This document shows positions 26,359 to 38,919 of a DNA stretch of 64,000 bases, in pieces. Location of the stretch: assembly GCA_964016885.1 (NCBI GenBank), contig OZ024742.1, forward strand, positions 205,778,001 to 205,842,000, in the 5' to 3' direction. The notes beneath the pieces were generated by a model. That model saw nothing but the letters and a program-made list of their open reading frames with translations. It was not told the origin of the DNA and searched no databases. Source of the DNA: Eledone cirrhosa (Eukaryota). Each line of letters starts with the position of its first letter. The first letter of the stretch is position 1. A program made the position numbers and the translations under genes.

Positions 26359-27502
26359 TCTGTATATATATAAAATTAAGTATGTGTGTGTGTGTCTGTG
26401 TATTACCTATAGGGGCCTACATCTTACGACCGATTTTCATGAAACTTTACAGGCTCATAGATTAGTTATCGGGGAGTGTTTTCTATATATCAGCATATCG
26501 TTTTTTTTTATTCCGGGGTGATTGTGCAGATAAAAATCGATAGGGGGGGGGGGGTCACCTTTTTTTAGGTATCGAAAAATAAGATTTTTGGCTCCAGCTC
26601 CCACATTTTGCCACTGATTTCGTTCAAATTTTAAAGCAAAATAGAATTTATCATTGCACATCCTGTAATGGCTTTATATTTTTATTTATTGTTCAGGGAC
26701 GGCGTGGCAGCCGCTTAAATATTCAAAAATACCACTTTTAGACTCAAATTTCCACTTTTTTGGCTCCAGCTCCCATATTAATCAACCTACTTTGTTCAAA
26801 TTTTACACTACGCTAGATCTGATTATTTCATGTCTTAAAGTGGCTTTACATTTTGGATTTTTTTTTCAGGAACTGTGTGGCAGCCGCTTAAATATTCGAA
26901 AATACCACCTTTTCGGCTCTAGCTCCCACATTTTTCAACCGATTTCGTTCAAATTCGAAACTTCAGCTGCACCTCACACATAAATCAATTTATTTGGTTC
27001 AACTTTTATACTACGATAGAACCTATCATTGCACATCTTATAGTAGCTTTACACTTTGCATTTTTTGTTCAGGGACGGGGACCTATCATTAGCTCCCACG
27101 TTTTTCAACCGATTTCGTTCAAATTCGAAACTTCGGCTCCACCTCACACATAAATCAATTTATTTGGTTCAACTTTTATACTACGATAGAACCTATCATT
27201 GCACATCTTATAGTAGCTTTACACTTTGAATATTTTGTTCAGGGACGGTATGGCAGCTGTTTAACTCTTCAAAATACGATTTTTTCCACCTCCCACATAT
27301 TCCATACGATTTCACTCAACATTTCCCCATTTGCTACACCTTACGACCGATTTTCAAGAAACTCGCCAGCTCACCACCTTCCCCCGCATGGCCTGTGTGT
27401 GGCGATAGATGAGTCATCGAGAAGCAGTCACTAAGATCAACACCTTTTCATCAAAGCAGATATTATTTTACCTACCCAGGCAACGCTGGGTACTGCTGCT
27501 AG
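26359..27502 (+). mobile_element. Complete non-autonomous Helitron
   Basis: A|TC 5' end (TCTGTATATATATAAAA), subterminal hairpin TACCCAG-gcaacg-CTGGGTA (27473-27492), CTAG|T 3' end, no TSD. Internal tandem repeats of about 170 bp (agctcccac...ccgatttcgttcaaatt) at 26590-27300. Confidence 0.88.
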
Positions 27503-30102
27503 TTCAGAATAATATAAATAATCTTTATGTGAGAATATAATTAATAGACATGGTATTAATTATCATTTCTCTCAATTTTCTTACCTTTCTCTTTTTCTTT
27601 TGTGTTTCTCAATGATTACTATTAATTAAACATTTCTTAGTCTTGTATATTTGTATGTATATATGGACCCATAACTTCTAACGGAGTTGTAAGGATGTTG
27701 TAGTGACATACAGCATATGTTGGACATTTAAACCTGGCAGAACCCATCCCTCTCCAGGTCTGAACACAGTGGATTTCTTCTAAAGAATGAGAGAAGGATA
27801 AAGAGGACATGAGAAAGAGATGTAGAGAAAGACTCAATCCCAGTACTAGACTGGTACTTTTTTTATCGACTTCGTAAGGATGAAACACAAAGTTGTCTTT
27901 GGTGGGATTTGAACTCATAGTGCAGAGAGATGGAATGAATACAGCAAAGCCTTCTATCTGATGTTCTAAAGACTCTGCTCATTCACTGTCTTTCTTGTGA
28001 TTTTGTGATGAAACTCAGAGTAACAACAAAGTGAAGCCTAAGGTTTGAATAAAAAGACACACTTTCTTCTTCATCATCATTTACCATCTTTGTTTTCCCT
28101 ACTAGAAAGGGTTGGATGGGTCTTCACAGACCAAGTCAGTATTCAAGTGGAGCTGCTGACCTCCCAATAGGCTGGTATCTGCATTTCACTTACATTCATT
28201 TCCATACTCCATTGAGTTTTATCATGACACCAGCATTAGAGAGAGGTTGTTCTGTTTTTGACACGGATAAAGGGTCCTCCTGACTTTTTGTTTGGCAGGT
28301 TTTCTATGGATGGATGTCCTTCCTATCATCAACCACTTTACAGGGTTCATTTTTCATGTAGATCACTACTAACACCACAAAGGTTGTCATGTCTTTAACA
28401 CAATTGTCTTAGTTTATCTGTGGAAGATATAGCCAGCCAAATTGGTAGAGGTTGAAGAGTCGATGGTATCTACTACACCATTGGCATTGTGTTGAAGAAC
28501 ATTGAAAAACTGGCAGTTGTTTCATTAGTAACAAGTGTCACAACACAAGTATTCTTTGCCTGATTCATACCAGAAGAAATCTTCTACAAATTGTTAAATT
28601 TTCAGTCTTTCAAATTTTTTAAAGTTTCACAAATAGCAATCCCAGATTTCTAAATTTCTTGTTTGGAAGATCTGAAAAATAATGCAAAGATTTTATATGG
28701 ACACCACCACCACCATCATCACCACCACAACTACCAACTCAATACACTATACTGAGTGCAAGCAATGGTTACACAAAAGGTGCAGTGTAGTTTTGGTCAA
28801 GCTGACAAAGAACCCATGACTTCAGATGTAGAGGAATAGTTACTGAATAGGGACTGCTATGATATAAAGTCCACAAATTACTGAGATGACTTGCCAACCA
28901 ATTCTAGTATAGAAATGAGTTTTCTTATTGACTAATTTGAATCTGAGAGTTTTGTGGCAACCAGTCACTATAAACATTCTGATTTAAAACTATTTTTTGT
29001 TCTGAAATCTTCTGCCCATTTCGTTTTTAATGTAGGAACAGAGGGTGAGTGAATTTCTAAATTTAAGTTTTGTATCTGCCTCTGAATCATTGTATTTTAA
29101 AGTTTAAAACTATTCTACCACTTGGCACTTGGGTGTCTTTAGTAGAGTCCACTCTGTTGGAAACATTCAGACCAAGTATCAGGTTTGAGGATACCTCCTG
29201 TTCTTCTTCTCAACAACCTCAAAAAAACAGCTAATGAATTATATTTAGAAAATAGATGGTCTAACTGCTCTTCTTTTTCAGTAAAATGAAAAAATTAATA
29301 AATTAAAAATTAAAAAAAGCTATTCCTTTTGAAATAGGAGAGACACTAAACTAAGGCATCGAAAAGTGTCATCATCACTGTTTAGCATCCATTTTTCCAT
29401 GCTTGCATGATGGGTCGTCCATGTTGGGCGACAAATTTGGCTAGAGTTGGCCATGCCGTACCTCATTCCAAAGAGGACTGTAAATTTGGCTGGGGATTTT
29501 ACAACTGGATGCCCTTCCTAACACCAACCACATTTACAGTGTGGAACAGAACAGCACCATTATGAGAAAGGACATGACAGTTGGCCACACCAAAACCCCT
29601 CTCACAGCGGAACCACAGTCCAGGAGCCTGGAACTGGGTGGCGTTGCTAAATGAGGTGGGACAGGCCAGTTGGCCACGTCAAACCCTCCTCACAGCAGAG
29701 CCACAGTGTCTGATATGAAAATACCACTTAGAATTTGTGATAGGATTTGAATCTAAGGGCTAGGAATTGTGTAACTTAATCAGTAAACTACTACATCTCT
29801 CTCTCTAACATAATATTTAATGAAGCAGTTACTTTGATGGTATGAGATCATTTACTCTATACAACAGGTGGAACTGTGTCAAATGCCGCAGGCAGATAGA
29901 CAGGAATTAATTGCAGCTAATAATTTTGATTTAAGCATTGTTGTTATTGTTGTTTCCCAGGAAACAATATCTGTAGTATCTCAGTGAGTCTTTATAATGA
30001 TGATATTTTCTCTCTCTCCCCCTTCCCTCTCTTATCACCTGTCCTACTAAATTCCCTCACTCCCCACTGCTACAGTTTGTCTTTTGAAATAAGAAGTGCT
30101 TC

Positions 30103-30581
30103 TAGTTCACAATAATTGTTTCTACTTTTCGTACAAGGCCAGTAATTATCCCAGTGCATTACTGGTACTTTATTTTATCAACCCCATAAGGATGAAAGGC
30201 AAAGTTAACCTTGGCCGGATTTGAACTGAGACCTTAAAGGGCCGTAACTATGCTGCAAAGCATGGCGTCTGACCCTCTACTTATACTGCCAATCCACCAC
30301 ACTTTTAGTTCACAATAATTGTTTCCACTTTTCGCACAAAGCCAGCAATTACTCAGTACATTACTGGTACTTTATTTTATTGACTCCGTAAGGATGAAAA
30401 GCCAGCAATTATCTCAGTGTATTACAGGTACTTTATTTTATCGACCCCGTAAGGATGAAAGCAAAGTTAATCTCGACGGGATTTGAACTCAGACCATAAA
30501 GGGATGTAACTATGCTAGAAAGCATGGCATCCAACCCTCTACCGATACTGCCAATTCACTGATCTTTTAGTTCACAATAAT
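30103..30581 (-). mobile_element. Stack of SINE family A copies at one target site
   Basis: Two SINEs, the second with an internal partial duplication, separated and flanked by three copies of TAGTTCACAATAAT (30103, 30306, 30568). Confidence 0.88.
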
Positions 30582-31145
30582 GTTGACCAAACAGACAGAC
30601 ATCTGCTATAGAAGATTACACCCTTGTACATCATTTGTTGTGTTAAGGGTGTGTCTAACTTTTACCTCTATTCATGAGTTATCTAGCCCAGAGGCTTTTA
30701 CTATCACCACAACAAACCTTGCTAAGCAAGAGTCATTTATTTCTTTGTTCAAAGTCAATTATATTTCAACTGATTTGGCTTTATCTTCCCACCAAAATAT
30801 ACAACAAAAACAACAGTACATGGTTAAATAAATATTACTTCATTTTCTCACAAATATAAGATAGTTTATTTCTTTGCCTGTCATATATTCTTTTCTTTCT
30901 TTCTTTCTTTTTTTTTTTGTCAGGCAAGTGAGTGCTGCATAAAAGCAAAAAAGAAAAAAAAAAGAAAAAAGAACAATAAAAATAATTTGAATAATTTATC
31001 CTTTGTGCAATCTGAAAAGTCACATCATTTACTACTACATTGCTTCTACTACTACTGCCACTACTACTACTACTACCACCACCTCTACTACTGTTGCTGC
31101 TGTTGTTGCTACTACTACTATTACTACTACTACTAGGAGGTTAAT

Positions 31146-31365
31146 GATAATTGTTTCTACATTAGGCACAAGGCCAGCAATATGAAGAGAAGAGGAAGAG
31201 AAAATTGACCTCAGTGCGTGACTAGTACTTTATTTTATTGACCTCCTAAGGATGAAAGGCAAAGCTATCCTTGGAGGAATTTGAACTCAAAATGTAAAGG
31301 GCTATAACTCTCTGCCATGAAGTATGATGTCCAACACTCTACCGGTACTGCCAATCCACCGTCCA
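31146..31365 (-). mobile_element. SINE family A long variant, directly after the Tx1 3' tail
   Basis: Full head, core and tail in the same orientation as the LINE. Confidence 0.82.
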
Positions 31366-31384
31366 TAAATATTAACAATAATAA

Positions 31385-34300
31385 TAATGATTACATTCAT
31401 TCGCCACAAGGGCCGACATGTAGGGGACAATACATAGACATGGACAGTGGGGGCTTACAATAAGCTTGAGGAAAAGTGTACAATAGCAAAACCAATTTAA
31501 CAATGAAAAATATAAAATAAACTATGTATAAACATAACAAAATAAAATCCCCAATATGGGGGTGGGGGGATCCACCCAGGGGCGACTCAGGTACCCCACC
31601 AATCCTGAACCACCCGACACTTCAGGGGCACCCATCTCCTCCTCAAATTAACCACCCTATAGGCGCATGGTCAGAGCTGGTCCACTCACATGAGCCATTC
31701 TCGCCACATTCATCCACCTTTTAGCAAATGTACTGGGGGGCAGCACTTCTCTCTCCACCCTCACCTTCCTTTCCAAGTGAAACTTGAAGTTGATGAGGGA
31801 TTGACTGAAGAGAAAAGTGTCTGTCTTCAGACCTTTTAACCTGGTCCGCCATATAACTTCTTTCGCAACTGCCATCAGACAGAGGAATATTGCCTGCCCT
31901 TCCTGGCCAAAAGAAGGCAGTGGGTCGATCTTCACTATGGACTCGAACAATAGCCAGATCCATTCTACACGCAACAACAACTGTTCAGCTGTTTGACATA
32001 ACTCCACAAAACAGTAATGCGTAGACATTGAATGAGTATGTGCAGAACGGTTACATCGTTCTGTATGTATCTCGGGCAGGTTCGTCTGCTAGCACTTCCA
32101 TACCTGTACAGTTTATCTTGCTCCCCGGTAGCACTGCCAAGTGAGGGATTTCTGGAAATTATCCATCGTCCCCAGCTCAAAAGTCCTTTGGATAGACAGG
32201 TCTTTTCAACTTTGTCGATGCCCAGAGCCTCTCCGAGTGCATTGTTGCACTTGCCCACCACTAATCCTCTATAGAACTCATGAGTGGAAGTTACACTGAC
32301 CACATTGCATGCTTGGTAGAGGGCAGTGAGTGCCTGGCAACATTCCAGATGCCAGTTACCCAGTCTCGGTCTCTTCTTGACCCAGGACTGCAGCTCAGAC
32401 AAAGAGACGAGCTGTGGAAAGGTCCATCTGACAAACTGCGACCACACCTGTTCATCATTTAGGCAAAATATCTGGAGATGTTGCAGCCTCAGCGCATGTC
32501 TGTGCATCATTTGCCACAATGACTCTGTTGGATGGCATGATGGACCTTCCTCTCCAGGGGCCGAGCTGCAAGCCCACCGACTTTTCCAGGTTAAGTTTTG
32601 CTTCCGTCAACCTTTCATAGTCCTCCAATAAGGTGCCGACCACCTAGATTTCCAAGGTATCTGACACCATCACGGTGATGTCATCTGTGTAAGTCGACAC
32701 AACCTTTCCATGTCCCAGTTCAAGCAGGATGCCCTAGAACAGCATGAGCTTCCACAGTAAAGGCTCGAGAGTCAATACGCACAGAAAAGAGGAGAGAGAG
32801 CACCCTTGACAGACCGATCGGGAGACCTGAAATGGTTCTGAGAGGTGGCCTTTAACTTTGACCACCAAGCAGACGCTGCTGTGCATTGCAGTGATCCAGC
32901 TTCTGAAGACGGGGTCAAAGCCAGCTGCCTTCAGGACAGCCTCTAGGTACTGATGGTCAATCCTATCGAATGCTTTCGATTGATCTACATTGATCAGAGC
33001 CCCACCGAAGCCAGGTTTACACCCTGCCCTCTCTATGATGTATCGCATGAGGTGGAGGTTGTCGTTTATGGACCTGATCAGGATGCGCAAGTTTGCACCT
33101 CCCCAACCATATCCTCGATGACAAGCCTCAACCTCTTCGCTAACACCTTGGCCATAATCTTAAACTCTGTGTTGAGCAGAGTTATGGGCCTGAAATTATC
33201 TAATGTGTCCCTTTTGTTCTTGTCTTTCCTTATCAGCGTCACTATGCCCTGGCTCACAGAACTGAGAATACTCCCCTTCTGCTGCCAGTTGCAGTAGAGT
33301 GCTTTGAGAGTGGAGATGGAGAACAAGTCTGCATATTTATGTAAAGCTCATAGGGAAGACCATCCAAACTGGGTGACTTGCGCCTCATGCAGCCGACAAG
33401 GGCATCCTAAATTTTGGCTGAAGTAATCGGCCTTTCACAGCACTCAGCGTTGGCTGTCAAGAGGTGCAGCAAGCCATTGAGGTAGGGACTGAAGTACGCT
33501 ACCCTCTCTGACCTGTCACTTTCCCCGAACAACCGAGTAAAGTGCGTCACACATCTGCTTGGAATCGCTCAGCTCATGTCTGTCTCAGTCCGTCAAAGAC
33601 CAAATTGTGGTTTTATTACCATGATGCGCTTCTGCCACGCGGGTCCATGAAACATCTTTGCTTCCCTCGTTTCTCAGAGCATGCGCCTTAGCTCTGACAA
33701 TGCAACCTTCGTGTTTCACATTGAAGAAATGGTCTAATGCCATTCTTGCCGTTAGCACATAAGTTGCAATGCCGCCACAAATAGCCTCGTCTAACTAATC
33801 TACCAGCTCCCCCTCCTTTCTATTTTTCTCTAATGCTACTTCTTTGCTAAACCCTATCGAAATTACTCTAATCTCTCTTTTGAGACCCCCCCCCCCCATC
33901 GGTTGTTGACGACCCTCCCGTTAACTTTTGCTTAACTAAATTCTTAACCCGGTCCCCGTAAGCCTTACGTGCCAGAAATGACATGTTCAGCTTCCACTAA
34001 CCAGGCCCTAACCTACCCATCTTATCTAGTTTGACCATACAGATCACAAACTTGTGATTTGAATAAATGACCGTTTTAAAACGTGGACAGCCTACACTAT
34101 TTCTATCTATTTTCCTAATTAATATCCTGTCTATACACGATCTAGATGACCCTATGTAGTTGGTCCGCGTCCACACTGGCACATTAGGGAAATCTAGTTG
34201 GTACCTGTCAGACAGTTGGAACTGGCTGATCAGGTTCTTGAGGCTCCCCCCCCCCACACACACACCCACCCCCGCTCCTATCAGCTACCCCACACAATCC

Positions 34301-36726
34301 CAGCATGCATCTAAGATGCTGGTCCAGTCCGTCCCCCGCTAACAATAAAGGGCAAGACGTACCCAGAAAGGCATCTAGGTGCCTAACGAAGACCAGCCGT
34401 CTACCCAGATGGCCTCCAGTCTAAAGACACCACTTTCGCTATTGTCCACGTCCAGGACCACCAAGTTACCGTCCGGATCCCGGAAGATCACCTTACCTCA
34501 AGATCTAGGCCTTTCCTAAACAACCCTGCCACCCCACCTCCCATTCCTGGCCGACTAGCAGATACAAAGATCTGATAGTTGTCAAAAATGGAGCCTAGTG
34601 CGTGCGTGTCAGAAATCCTGGTCTCGTTGATGGCAATTAAATCCATTTCCAGAGACCTGAGGTCATTGAGCAGGCGACCCTGATTCCAGGGCAACCCCAG
34701 GCCTTGAACATTTAAACTTCCTACTCTTAATATGGCAAGCTAAATGAGAGAGGGAAGCTTTACTTACCTCCTGGGGTCTTATGAAGGTCAGGTGGTTCGA
34801 CCTCCATGGTTGGTGGGGCTTCTTTTGGGAACCCCTTCAAAAGTCTTGATGTGGGTTTGACATTTGGGGTTCCCACATCCTGAGGAAAGCTCTCTTGAAT
34901 TCCTTCGTAGGAATCGAGCAACATTCACACCAGAAACAAATCTTCCGGCATGCAAAATGTGCTCAATTCAAATATCTCCTCCTCTGTTTGAATTTCTTCA
35001 CTTCGTGCTAAGAGGGCCATCAATTTCTCGTTGGTCTTCTGACAAGCATGAAGTTTTTTATGTTTTGTTGGTGTGGTTTTATTTGTTTTTGTTTGGGTGA
35101 CTGTGGTGGGCATGGTTTTGTTGGTGTTGTTTCGGGTATGTCTGTGTTTGTAGTAGGTGTGGTGTCTGCAATTTCAGGTGTCAGTGTGTTTATTTGTTCT
35201 TGTGTCTGTAGGTTGTTTGCATTTGGGGGATTGTGTGGATGGTGGTTGTGGTGTTGGTGTTGTTGGGGGAAGTATTTACGTTGGTGGTGTCTGTATTTTT
35301 TGTTGTGGATGCTTTTATGCTTTGTGGAGGCTTTTTCTTTGTGTTTTCTTTTTTGCTTTTTGGCGGATTTGGGTTTTCCCTTATCTTCACTTCTGGAAGT
35401 GTATCTGTGTCTGTGTGTGAATTTATCTTTTTGTCCATTGTTTTTCCCCTGGGTTGGTTTTGGTGCTGGTGGTGGTTCAACTGTTTTTGCTGTTGGTGGG
35501 GCTGCCGGTGTCACTGTTGGTGGAGTTTTCCATCCTGTCACTGGCATTGGCAGCAAAGGAGGTTTGTGGCCCCCTGCATTTTTGAGCTGAGGGCAGACGA
35601 AGCAGTGCGGCCTTCTTCCCTCAGTAATCAACTGAATCATTATCCCGTCCTGCAGGCGGGCAAAGTCCGAGATGTTATTTAGGTCTTCTGGTTTTATTTG
35701 GAGAATATTCTCCAGATCCATCCCGGACCAGTACTCTCTGTCATTCTTTTTGATATCTACGAGGGTAGTATCGGTACCCTCCTCGATTACCCATCACAGG
35801 AGCCACCATAGGTTCATTCCTGGTGGGATCTTAGGAATGCAGACCTTTGCTGTACTTTTGCCCATGTAGGGTGGAGGCATAATGATGTGTTCCATTCTGC
35901 AGGGGGCCACGGAGTGCTTAATAGCAAGGGCCTCCGTTTTGAACAGTACCGAGATGGTGCCGAACTGTCTGGCCCTTGCTTTGTACTCAATATCATCTTT
36001 AATGCATTTCAAAGCAGCCTCGACTTCTGCCTGGCTGGCGAGTTCCGCCTTGTGAGTTTGCACTGAAATACATCGAAAATGTAAAGTCCTCCTCTGCATA
36101 GTCGCTATTGCTTCATCCAGGATGGTTACGTTGGCTCAGGATTTTTCGCGTTTAATTAATTTCCACTCCTGGGCAAACTATTGCTCCTTGTCTGTGATAT
36201 CAACGTTAAAAAACGTTTTGTTTTAGCAGCTGCCGCTGCCGCGAATGTGCTGTTTTTGTTTAGTTTGTTGCTGCTCTCACTGTTGCTCTTGTTGTTGGTG
36301 TTGTCATTCTTGTTGTTGTTGGTGGTTGTGTTGTTATTGTTGTCTTGTTTGTTGTTACTGCTGCTACCATTATTAATGTTTATATTGAGGCTGTTGATGT
36401 TATTGTTGTTTTTCTTGTTTGTTATGATGGTAGTAGCAGCAGTGGTGATGACACCGGCTGGAGGTGGTAAAGTGAAACATTTACTGTTTATAATTCCCTT
36501 CCTTTGTACCATTCCCTCACATTCAGCAACATTGACCATCGTCATATCACACATGTCTGTGGTAGTAATAGTAGTGGTAGTAGTAGTAGCTGGAGTGCAA
36601 GTTTTTGACCTTTTGAACTGCAAGTTGTTTACAGATTCAAGGACAAATTCTTCCATGTTATTTTCAAAGTTTAAAAAAAAAATCTGAATATTGAAAGGTC
36701 TCCCTTCCTCAGAACCTTATGCCCAA
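31385..36726 (-). mobile_element. Near full-length Tx1-type LINE (ORF1 plus ORF2 APE-RT), degenerate
   Basis: ORF1 pieces at 36656-34770 (Asn/Thr-rich N-terminus, EGRRPHCFVC knuckle remnant). ORF2 has LRVGSLNVQG, AINETR, SRSCIDRILI, YSNHKFV, NFRPITLLNTEFKI, DQSKAFDRIDH, VCQGCSLS and TCPRY. 3' end CCCTTGTGGCGAATGAATGTAATC plus (ATT)n. Confidence 0.92.
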
Positions 36727-37048
36727 GCAGACACCACACCTACTACAAACACAGACATACCCGAAACAACACCAACAAAACCATGTCCACCACAGTCACC
36801 CAAACGAAAACAAATAAAACCACACCAACAAAACATAAAAAACTTCATGCTTGTCAGAAGACCAACAAGAAATTGATGGCCCTCTTAACACGAAGTGAAG
36901 AAATTTAAACAGAGGAGATTTTTTAATTGAGCACATTTTGCATGCCGGAAGATTTGTTTCTGGTGTGAATGTCGCTCGATTCCTACAAAGGAATTCGAGA
37001 GAGCTTTCTTCAGGATGTGGGAACCCCAAATGTCAAACCCACATCAAG
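36727..37048 (+). repeat. Inverted duplicate of the Tx1 ORF1 3' segment (34845-35169)
   Basis: Reverse complement of 34845-35169 with scattered substitutions. Encodes the same ADTTPTTNTDIPETTPTKPCPPQSPK peptide. Confidence 0.92.
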
Positions 37049-37160
37049 TTCAAATCCGGCTGAAGTTAACTTTGTCTTTCATTCTTACAGGGTTGATAAA
37101 ATAAACACCAGTAATGCACTGGTGTAATTGCTGGCCTTGTGCCAAAAGTAGAAACAATTA
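37048..37160 (+). mobile_element. SINE family A 3' half starting at the B box
   Basis: GTTCAAATCC...GGCCTTGTGCCAAAAGTAGAAACAATTA. Confidence 0.8.
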
Positions 37161-37756
37161 TGGTATTTTGCTTTGGAAAGCAAACTTCAAATTCCAATTT
37201 TTTCAATGCTTCTTAAGTCAACTTCTTAGCAACTCATAAGGATCTGCTTACATCTACTTCCCATAAAACATAAAGGCAAATAGCAAACACTTCTTCTTTT
37301 CCCACTTAGTCCTGAAAGGGTGTTCGAGGCACACTCCTCAAGTATGCCTTCCAATGGGTCCTGTCAGAAGCAACTGTCTCCAATTGATTTGGCTGGATCC
37401 TCAGTGAGACTAGCCAAACTCATGGATATTATCCAACTATCTTGCTTGGTGTCTACCCCTGGGTCTCATGCCAGTTGATTTTGCCCATAAAATCTGTCCT
37501 GTGATTCTTTCCTGAGACATTCTAACCATATGGAAACAAAACTCATTTGCACATGGTTGTTGACTGACCAGACAAATTAATTTTACTTGAGTACCAACAG
37601 AGTATTATAGATTATGAATAAATGAGACTAAATACACATTGGAGATTAAATACAAATTGATATATCTCTTGTTTATTCATTCATAATTCATGCTGCACTG
37701 ATACTTTAGTTATGATATCAGAGACGATGTCAGACAACCAAGCGGTAAATTTACAC

Positions 37757-37946
37757 TGTGAGGGTGGGCTGAAAAGTTCATAGGCTTACTATGAATGAGT
37801 GATGGTAGAGCTGTGAAATCTTGCATGCATTAATTTCAACTCTTTGTATTAATAACTGAATTGTTTCTTTCCGAAAAATAAACCCCATTTGGTCATTCCA
37901 TGTAAGTATCTTGGTCAACCTATGATCTTTTCAGCTGACCCTCATA
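37757..37946. mobile_element. Tc1/mariner-type MITE
   Basis: TIRs GAGGGTGGGCTGAAAAGTTCATAGG / CCTATGATCTTTTCAGCTGACCCTC with TA-like flanks. Second copy at 50877-51059; half copy at 22985-23043. Confidence 0.75.
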
Positions 37947-38268
37947 CCATAATCAACAGAAGTACTATATTACTTTATCTTGTCCACTTTTGTTCTTCTT
38001 TTACTGGTTTCAGTCATTTGACTTTAAGGGTTTGATTGATCATTGATCATATAGACCCTGGTACTTACTTCAGTCTGGTGAATCGCTAAACAACAAGACA
38101 TAAAAGGACACAGCATAAAAAACAATGATTTTGATAGCAGTGTAAATAAAATGTAGACACGAATATATATATATATATGTGTGTGTGTGTTTAATGGTAG
38201 CTATGATGCTTCCATAGGCGGTATGCCAGTTGAGCACTCTATGTTCTTTCAGAGCAGAGTGTGATATA

Positions 38269-38505
38269 ATATAAAATGAAAAATCAGTGATGCATCTGGA
38301 TTCAGTTTATTGTGTGTTACAATTGTTTTGCCGGCAGATAGCTTGAGGCACGATCATTGTATGGATCTGTCTGATTCTAGATCTACAGGTTCTTTCATGC
38401 AAAACTTTCGGAACAAATTTTCTCACTCATCGTGTCTCGAGCTATCTGCCGGTGAAAAAATTGTAACACACAATAAACTGAGTCCAGATGCATCACTGAT
38501 TTTTC

Positions 38506-38514
<9 letters not shown>
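38269..38514. mobile_element. Palindromic foldback MITE next to a TA microsatellite
   Basis: Inverted arms of about 85 bp: ATAAAATGAAAAATCAGTGATGCATCTGGATTCAGTTTATTGTGTGTTACAATT... / ...AATTGTAACACACAATAAACTGAGTCCAGATGCATCACTGATTTTTCGTTTTAT. Confidence 0.8.
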
Positions 38515-38546
<32 letters not shown>

Positions 38547-38876
38547 TGTAATCCACCTGCTTGGGTGGGGCTGAAAACGTTGTTAGAACTCAATGCATCC
38601 TTAGAAGGATGGTTGCAGCAAGATTTGGCAGTGTGACCAGAAGTTTTTGTGGTAGGTTACAGAGTCATTTACATATATGTGTTTGTGTATAGAACAATAA
38701 AAAACAGAAGTCTGACGTTGGAAGCATCTAACTATGCCTGATATCTGTTTTTTTATTGTTCTATATCCTGTTTTAAGTGCAGAAACATCTACGATCCGTA
38801 GTAAACAGCTGATGAAGGGCAACTTTTTTCTTTTGTTACATCCCTATTACCTTCTTACACTATATATAGACAAAAA

Positions 38877-38919
<43 letters not shown>

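Noticed and set aside
35048-35682. Cys/Val/Phe-rich plus-strand ORFs
   Set aside because: Antisense shadows of the A/C-rich Tx1 ORF1.
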